Of a stretch of DNA of 64,000 nucleotides, positions 57,603 to 64,000 are shown piece by piece (positions within the stretch are counted from its first letter, which is position 1; each line of letters opens with the position of its first letter). A program made the position numbers and the translations under genes. The DNA lies in NCBI GenBank assembly GCA_000091205.1, contig AP006488.2. One strand, written 5' to 3'. The notes under the pieces are model-generated. The model made no database searches. It saw only the letters and a list, made by a program, of their open reading frames with translations, and was not told where the DNA came from. The stretch is from Cyanidioschyzon merolae (taxonomy: Eukaryota).

Positions 57603-58390
57603 GCGTCTTTCAACTCAATCCGGTAACACCCGGCAGCGGTTTATAGCAAGAGATCTAAATGTCTGTGAAGTGTACCGTACAGATCACAAACGATTTGCCT
57701 GTGAGACATATTCTTCCGGAAAAGTGCATGGAGGACTGCATTGCTCGTTCAGGTCCGTCATACCAGAGTACTCAGATGGTAGAGGAACACTGAAAGAAAC
57801 AAAGATATACATGCTGTGCCAAAAACCGATGTCCTCAAAGACTGCTTGCGGTCCATGGTAGAAAGCGACCGGTCGATCAACTTACGGTTAGCAGCTGCCA
57901 CGATGGTAGCCACCACGGGAGTCGATGCTTCTCACCAGCTTGTTCGTGTGGTCCTGAAAACACTGGGGTGCAGTCGCCGAAAAGAGTCCTAATTCACGCA
58001 CGACTATCTTCGATTGAAAACGCAACGACACCGTTCTGAAAACTTAGCGATCAGCACGAAGCACATGGACGTCGATTTGTTCTTTCAGTTAATGAGAATT
58101 GCTTCCGACGAGACTGTCGCTGCCTATGTGAGTTTTCGCGGAGAGTGAGCCCATTGCATGTACGATCGAGCTCGTGGAGAACGACGACATGTTCATCTTT
58201 TCTAGCTGCAGTATATTCATTTTGCGGCCTCGGTTTCGCTCACAGAGGAGGCTCATACAACAGCACCAACCAGTTCGTCAAATCGTTGGAGAAAGTTCTC
58301 TAACGTCTCGCGACGACCCTCCACCGGAAATTGTGATGTCTCAGCATCCTTCCTGCATTCGAGCCTTTGCCGATGCTATCGGGTAGAGCT
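57603..58390 (+). repeat. Copy F1: 5' portion (about 790 bp) of the repeat family, truncated where it meets F2
   Basis: 5' landmark gcgtctttcaactcaatcc at 57603, tatagcaagagatctaaatg, gtgcatggaggactgcattgctcg, gatggtagccaccacggg, tctagctgcagtatattcattttgcggcctcggtttcgctc. Ends near gagcctttgccgatgctatcggg. Confidence 0.75.
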
Positions 58391-59515
58391 GCCCGTTTAA
58401 AATGGTATCGCACCAGAAACAGGGTCTCGTCTCCAGCACCGCACATGGTCTGGTATTCAAAGCAGCGTTAAACTCGCGGCCTACAAACTGCTTGCATGCA
58501 TTGACGTTATTGGAATGCATCAATGCGAGGATTCCTCGAACTCCTGCCCTCCGTGCCACCAGTGTGTCGTTATAGTTCCCTCGGGCATATACTTTTCTCG
58601 TCTACCTCCTTCTTCTTCAGCTTTTTCGTCACTTCCTCTTCATCGCTCGATGGTCGGCGAGAGGAGGTTTTTTCGTTCTTTCCCAGCAACCGACGATGAC
58701 AGGCCTCCTGGATCCTCGAATTCCATGTTCATTCCTATCCGGCGGATTTTATATTTCTTCAAAATGAACGCACTTCGTTATGCTCATAGGCAAGGACCTG
58801 CCCAGACGGAGACGGACTTGCGAAGAAAGACAAAATGTCCTCCCATGTCGCCGGGTGCTGAACGCTTCAGCGATTCACACAGTAGAGCGATCATAATTTA
58901 TCTCGATAGAAAACACTCCTTCGATGCGGTTCAAACACGAAGCGTACGGAGGAATGAAATACACTTCAACCCTCCGAGAGATTCTGCAAAAGCTCGAACG
59001 CAAGGGTAAAAGTGGAACACCATGTTGTCCACTGGAGGAACGTCGAAAGACGTCGGGTGAATGTCTTCAACGATTCGTTTTAGAGGGTGTTGTTGTTCTA
59101 TGAGCCTTCTCTTCGAGTGAAACTCAGGCCGCCATGTGAATCTCAACTGTTAGAACAATTGATACCCTTGCTCGCTTCGAGTTCACCACAAGCTGTTGGT
59201 AAACAGAGACGCCAGTGGTGGCTACTAACGTCGCTTTTGCTTTCTGCGTGGTGATCGACAAGTCGTTTTCTACCATTTGCCGAAAAGACGCTCTAAAAAT
59301 ATCGGATTTGGCACTGGGCGCAAATAATTGTTTCCTTCAGTGTTCTTGAACAATCTCAGTACAGTGGTTCTTCCGAACTGAACGAGGAATGCTGGCCTCT
59401 ATGCGCTGTTTAGTTAAGAATATATCCTACAGGAAATTAATCCATGAGCTATAGGGTATATTGCATAGTGATGTAGATCTTCTGCTCTATACTGCAAGAA
59501 AGCATTCGATTGGAC
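58390..59515 (-). repeat. Copy F2: near full-length copy on minus strand with an internal deletion of about 230 bp; tail-to-tail with F1
   Basis: Reverse complement of 59440-59500 reads tatagagcagaagatctacatcactatgcaatatacc... (strong match to the E 5' end). Reverse complement of 59150 reads tgttctaacagttgagattcacatggcggcctgagtttcactcgaagagaaggctcatagaac. The 3' region includes ggagacgagaccc. Its 5' end is about 100 bp from the GST start. Confidence 0.75.
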
Positions 59516-59612
59516 ACAGCGAGGAAAAATAGAATCGTATTGCACAGCGGCAAGGAGGATTCTCAGTCTTAGGCACTGTTTACGCGTGGGGACTCCAACT
59601 TCGGTGTGAAGG

Positions 59613-60278
59613 ATGGAGCGCGCTGTACTCTATTCATATTGGAGGTCATCATCTTCATACCGAGTGCGCATTGTACTAAACCTGAAAAAGGTGGACTACG
59701 AGTACCGCCCTATAAACCTTCTGAAGCTCTCGCAGGGCGAGCAACCGCCTGCAGAGTTTCTGCGCTTGAACCCTGGAGGCCAAGTGCCTACGCTTTTGAT
59801 TGATGGTCACGTACTCACGCAGTCCGTTGCAATTTGCGAATATCTCGAGGAAGCAGTAACTGGGGGTGTGAAGCTTCTGCCTGAGGACCCCGCTCAACGT
59901 GCTCAAGTCAGGCGCGTTGTGGAGATTGTGAACTCTGGCATACAGCCGCTCCATAATAGTGCAGTACTTGACTACCTTAGCTCAAAATTCGGTGACGCCG
60001 CCAGAACAGAGTGGTCGAAGCATTGGATCCATAAGGGGCTGATCCAACTAGAGACGATATTGCAACACTCTGTAGGGCAAGGGCCGTACAGTTTCGGGAA
60101 ACAGCTGACACTCGCTGACGCGTTTCTTGTACCACAGATCGGTCATGCTGAGCGTTTCGGCGTCAACATGGAGGAGTTCCCCACATTGCGAAAAATATAC
60201 CATACTTTGATAGAACTGCCGGAGTTCGCTGCTGCGCATCCATCACGACAGCCGGACGCAGAAGAACATCTCGCTTAA
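59613..60278 (+). CDS. GSTZ1: Glutathione S-transferase zeta class / maleylacetoacetate isomerase
   Basis: N-terminus LYSYWRSSSSYRVRIVLNLKKVDYEYRPINL...LNPGGQVPTLLIDGHVLTQSVAICEYLEE matches the GST-zeta signature (SSCSWRVRIAL) and thioredoxin-fold N-domain. C-terminal alpha domain present; 221 aa. Confidence 0.85.
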   Translation: MERAVLYSYWRSSSSYRVRIVLNLKKVDYEYRPINLLKLSQGEQPPAEFLRLNPGGQVPTLLIDGHVLTQSVAICEYLEEAVTGGVKLLPEDPAQRAQVRRVVEIVNSGIQPLHNSAVLDYLSSKFGDAARTEWSKHWIHKGLIQLETILQHSVGQGPYSFGKQLTLADAFLVPQIGHAERFGVNMEEFPTLRKIYHTLIELPEFAAAHPSRQPDAEEHLA

Positions 60279-60887
60279 TCGCGCCGTCAAACTCATTTTA
60301 CTCGATTTATCGAAACTGTCCGAATAGCTGGAGGCAGAGCGTGTGTCTACCGGGCAAAGGACAAAGGAGCTGCCTTGTGACAACAAGAACCAAATACATC
60401 TGCTTCACGTGAAAAATTCAGCTCCGCAACGACCTCTCCATGCGTCTTGCGGAGCGTCTTCCCTTTGTAACCCAAGCCTGCTATGCGGCGGACCGATGCT
60501 ACTGCGGTAACTTGAGTGACGGAAAGGCATGTTAACGTATAAGGAGGAACGGTTTGCGCACTACACTGCTGGTGGGGACAAAGATTGCGATAAGGCTTTT
60601 CAAAAAGCGAACCTTTAGCACGAGTTTCGGCCGCTTCGACTCTTTCAAAGGATCGTAGGCGTCTTCTTGCACGCCAACGCGGCCAAATGATAGCCATATC
60701 TTGGAAATGCTCACATACCAAAGGGTGCCCACCACCTCGCCGAGAACTTCCAGAGATCTCCTAGAGCAACCGCTTCACCCGCCTGCGGCCTCAGCAGTGT
60801 CGATCTCATTCGCAGTGCTGCACAAGCTGCCGGACGGCTTTACGGTCGTATAAACTGCGGTTTCTGTTTCTCGCGCATAGTCTCTGT

Positions 60888-63800
60888 TTACCTCTTAGGG
60901 TCGCGAGAGATAAGGAATACATCCAGCTGAGCATCTGACGCAAACTTTCGCAGCGCAACTGACTTGAAGATGTGTCCGCTCCAGACTGCAAAGTCTGACG
61001 GTATTTTCGATGTATCGACACATGCGAGCGAACTATAAGCGTTGTTCTTGGGAACCAGAACCTCGCCGCGCACACCATGCTCGCAAGGAACGATCGCTAG
61101 AGTATCCGCGGCGAGCAGGAGAGATTCTTCCTTCTGGACATAATCGTTGGTTTGCGGAGGCCGCTGCGCGGCCGTAATATTCAGCGCAGTCAAGCCAGTG
61201 CGTTGCCCTCCATCTCCGTTATCTAGGGTGCGCCAGAAGAGGCACACAAACAAGTCGTCGAGATCAAAAGGTTTTCTCGTTGTTCCCGGCTCACTTGGGA
61301 ATATTTCAGGAAGGAATACCTCGAAATCTGTACCGGAGACGAAGCTCAAGAGCTCCGGATCATCACCGCTGTGGCTCGTCTCAGGTTTTGAATGTAGCAG
61401 CAGATTTGCCTTGTCATACTGCTGCAGTGCAAGTTTCGGAGATGCGAAAGTGAACAATGGCTCGTACCAAAGATACTGTCCTCGATGGCAAGCGTGCAGA
61501 TGTTGAATTTCTAGTGTCATTCCGTTTGGATTGACGTTTTGAATCTGTAGCCCGATAATGGTACCATCACAGTTTCCATAAGAAACAGCGGATCCTTGTC
61601 CTGTGATGGAACTTGGGCTGGTCGTCTCCAAAGCTAAGTGCTCAAGGTGGCATGGTAGAACGCTAACCGAGTCTTCAGCAAGGACCCCAATTCTGACAGG
61701 CAACAGCTTTGACCTGCGAGCCGTTGGTGTTTCAGAGGTCGAAAAAATCAGAAGTCGAAGAAAACGTGGAGCTATCCTCAAGTCCATACTCCGTTCGGAT
61801 ATATGGTGACGACACCAGAGCGCAACCTTGAATTCGAGGGAGTCGCCATGCTGCAACGTGCATCGAACTGAAACCACGCGGCGACCATGCTGTACAGTGA
61901 CCTCCGTGCTTGATGACGTGCACTGCATGACGCGCATCGACAGGTCAGACTCTGGGCTCCAGCTCAGAGATATGTTGTGAATATCCACCAGTGAAGAATT
62001 CGCAAGCGTTATGCTTGTGTGCCAAATCTCGCCGTTCATCACAGTTTTCGGAATCAGCGGAGTGTTCAAAGTAAGAAGAGGTGCAGGCGGACCAACCTCA
62101 ACTGCTAGGTGACCGCACGATTCGCGTGAAGATGCCCCCAAACCTTTCCTCAAATCCTTTGAATTCATGGCTTTTGGCGATTCATTAAGCTCGTAAAACG
62201 CGTAGCATATTAGACTAGGCTCGAAGAGAGGCGAATGCACCCTCCAGCTGATGCCCTCGACCTCGAATGCCCCGCTCTCTGATATTGCAAATACGCCACG
62301 TAGAAGCCCGTCACTGTTGTGTGAGATGCGGACGGTCTCTGCGGTCTCTACTGGCACACAAAGTCTCGCTGAAGATCCAGATTCACGCAGTAAATGATTC
62401 ATAGAAACTCTACGCATTCGGAGTATGATATCGTCCAGCTCGATTGGCGCTCGCAGCGGATTCTCCAGCCGACACGTTACGACAATTTTTTCTCCAGCGG
62501 AGACCCGGAGCATGCCGTGGACGTGGCGCTCCTGTCCGCCAAGCAAATCCATCACAGTATCGAGAGAAGTGAGCTCTGCATCCCAATGCTGTTGATCAAT
62601 ACTGGCTCCAGCCGCTTCCAATGTGCGCTGTGCTTCGCGGAATGCATCCAGTGCTCCCCACATTGCCTTCCACTCACTCAATTGTGGAGACTCGAGAATG
62701 CGGTTTTCCTCCGCAAAAACGATGCTTCGATGATCAAGAAGCGGGAAACGACAGCTAGATGCTCGAGTTGCTTCACCGAGAGCCGATGCGACTAACACGG
62801 TTTCCCGAAGGACAGCGATATCGTCAACCCTTGAGGGCTTCAAATCCGAGAGAAAGGCTGTGTAACGTTGGTATGCATCGGAAATGTTTCCGCACATCCA
62901 CGCGGTGCGTCCAGTGCAAAGATTCACGTACGCTTCTATCCAGGACCAAGATTTTTTTGCCAAGTGATCGCAAATCCGGGCGAACAATCTATGCCCCTCG
63001 TCAAAAAATTTCGCAGCGGTGAAACACTCCGCCGCCATAGAGAGGCACATCTGACATGTACGATGGCGTCGCGGTCGTCGCAGGACTCTGAAGCATTCTC
63101 CAGCGAGCTCCAAGCAGGCAGCTGTACACAATTTGCGCAAACGTCCCAGTGCATTTGGAGCTTTGCGCAACCAGTCTATTTCGGGTAGACTTTCTTCTAG
63201 AAGCAAATCCGCCGCACGTGATAGATTATTGTATTCGATGCAGGTGGTTGCCAACAGAGTAAGCGTTCTTACCGCATCTAGAAACCTTCCAGCATTTCGG
63301 TAGTTTTCCGTTGCATGTTGTAAGAGTTCCATTACTTCCAAACTTTCGTTGGAACCTTTGAGGATAAGCGCGATCGCTTGGCATTCAGAAGCAGCCGCTG
63401 AATATATCAAACTGTGATCGGCCCTGAAATCCGATGAGAGCATTCGAAAGACGGCTAGCGCCTCTGAATATTTCTCCTGAGCAACGAGCATATACCCTAA
63501 GAAAAAAGCTCTCATTTCAGCCGAATTCCATAAATAGATATAAGGCATAACGCGGGGACTAAGTCCCAGTCGATGACCAGGGATGACCCCTTCGCGAGTC
63601 TTTGACTGTCCGGAAGAGAACCAGGCTCTGAACTGGTTGCGGACGATTCTTCCCGCGCGATCTCTTTGATCCACGCGTGACTCGATTTCACTCTGAATAA
63701 TCGAATGAATCCATCGCCCGAAATAAAGTGAAATATATTCACGAAGATCCGCAGATCTCGACCATTCTGCAGCATCCACCATAATTCGGGTGCCCCGTGA

Positions 63801-64000
63801 TCCATCTTGAGTGCTGAACTCTATTTCAGTCCGCTTCATGCCATCGCTACCGGCTGATGATTCCGCAGAAATTTCCAAAATGAATAGAGGTCGTCGTGAA
63901 TCCAGCGTACCTGTATGAAAGCGACAACCCGAAGCATCGTCACGAAGAAGACAATTTAAAATGTCATCTTCGGAGTCATTCACGCTCGCAAACACGACCT
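60888..64000 (-). CDS. Large (>1035 aa) alpha-solenoid/TPR-like protein, N-terminally truncated by the window; possibly a TRAPP-complex-type trafficking subunit
   Basis: Long uninterrupted ORF open to the window edge. N-terminal two-thirds is helical-repeat-like (e.g. ALAVFRMLSSDFRADHSLIYSAAASECQAIALILKG). C-terminal third is beta-rich. Family assignment is a guess. Confidence 0.4.
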   Translation of the reverse strand, partial: VVFASVNDSEDDILNCLLRDDASGCRFHTGTLDSRRPLFILEISAESSAGSDGMKRTEIEFSTQDGSRGTRIMVDAAEWSRSADLREYISLYFGRWIHSIIQSEIESRVDQRDRAGRIVRNQFRAWFSSGQSKTREGVIPGHRLGLSPRVMPYIYLWNSAEMRAFFLGYMLVAQEKYSEALAVFRMLSSDFRADHSLIYSAAASECQAIALILKGSNESLEVMELLQHATENYRNAGRFLDAVRTLTLLATTCIEYNNLSRAADLLLEESLPEIDWLRKAPNALGRLRKLCTAACLELAGECFRVLRRPRRHRTCQMCLSMAAECFTAAKFFDEGHRLFARICDHLAKKSWSWIEAYVNLCTGRTAWMCGNISDAYQRYTAFLSDLKPSRVDDIAVLRETVLVASALGEATRASSCRFPLLDHRSIVFAEENRILESPQLSEWKAMWGALDAFREAQRTLEAAGASIDQQHWDAELTSLDTVMDLLGGQERHVHGMLRVSAGEKIVVTCRLENPLRAPIELDDIILRMRRVSMNHLLRESGSSARLCVPVETAETVRISHNSDGLLRGVFAISESGAFEVEGISWRVHSPLFEPSLICYAFYELNESPKAMNSKDLRKGLGASSRESCGHLAVEVGPPAPLLTLNTPLIPKTVMNGEIWHTSITLANSSLVDIHNISLSWSPESDLSMRVMQCTSSSTEVTVQHGRRVVSVRCTLQHGDSLEFKVALWCRHHISERSMDLRIAPRFLRLLIFSTSETPTARRSKLLPVRIGVLAEDSVSVLPCHLEHLALETTSPSSITGQGSAVSYGNCDGTIIGLQIQNVNPNGMTLEIQHLHACHRGQYLWYEPLFTFASPKLALQQYDKANLLLHSKPETSHSGDDPELLSFVSGTDFEVFLPEIFPSEPGTTRKPFDLDDLFVCLFWRTLDNGDGGQRTGLTALNITAAQRPPQTNDYVQKEESLLLAADTLAIVPCEHGVRGEVLVPKNNAYSSLACVDTSKIPSDFAVWSGHIFKSVALRKFASDAQLDVFLISRDPKR

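Noticed and set aside
1-64000. tRNA, rRNA or other structural RNA genes
   Set aside because: A visual scan for A/B-box-like motifs (GGTTCGANTCC) and rRNA-like conserved stretches found nothing convincing. The few ggttcga hits (e.g. 34368, 54055) lack tRNA cloverleaf context. tRNAscan-SE and Infernal would be the decisive check.
1-64000. Prokaryotic operon or defence-island interpretation
   Set aside because: Gene content (RFC, SEC22 SNARE, CstF-64, CUE, AGC kinases, plastid-targeted PRK), long low-complexity insertions, large intergenic distances and mixed strand orientation are all eukaryotic.

Overview
The window is 64 kb of nuclear DNA from a eukaryote with about 55% GC and few or no introns. 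Every recognisable gene is a single uninterrupted ORF, and genes sit on both strands at roughly one per 4-5 kb. The gene content points to a photosynthetic eukaryote with a primary plastid. Key evidence is a class-II phosphoribulokinase with a transit-peptide-like leader and a BSD2-like DnaJ zinc-finger protein. A red-alga-like lineage is my best guess but I cannot prove it. Confident genes include RFC small subunit, SEC22 R-SNARE, CstF-64, a MOSC-domain protein, GST-zeta/maleylacetoacetate isomerase, a GH31 alpha-glucosidase, an IscA/HesB Fe-S protein, two roughly 700-aa Ser/Thr kinases and a two-domain SWEET/MtN3 transporter. Less certain calls are a GNAT acetyltransferase, a CUE-domain protein, a TRM6/GCD10-like protein and a large TPR-like protein cut off at the window edge. 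There are no rRNA, tRNA, CRISPR or prokaryotic-operon signals. The most unusual content is an unclassified family of noncoding dispersed repeats about 1.4 kb long. It has seven copies in the window (A-E, F1, F2), and copies outside the A/B pair are roughly 70-80% identical to each other. Two copies (A and B) form a nearly perfect inverted repeat: about 98-99% identical over about 1.2 kb with no indels, so that A coordinate x pairs with B coordinate 31580-x. This inverted repeat brackets a 3.7-kb cassette carrying RFC2 and SEC22. Identity collapses at the inner ends of the pair, which looks like a gene-conversion tract boundary. Of four intact, unobstructed element 3' ends, three lie 80-540 bp upstream of a gene start and point the same way as that gene. 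One further pair (F1/F2) lies tail to tail in a truncated, nested arrangement. Smaller observations include a second low-copy repeat pair, a 67-bp tandem repeat, several microsatellites (one inside a kinase coding sequence), a PRK whose P-loop has Ala where plant PRK has the regulatory Cys16, and a short bidirectional GH31/IscA promoter interval.
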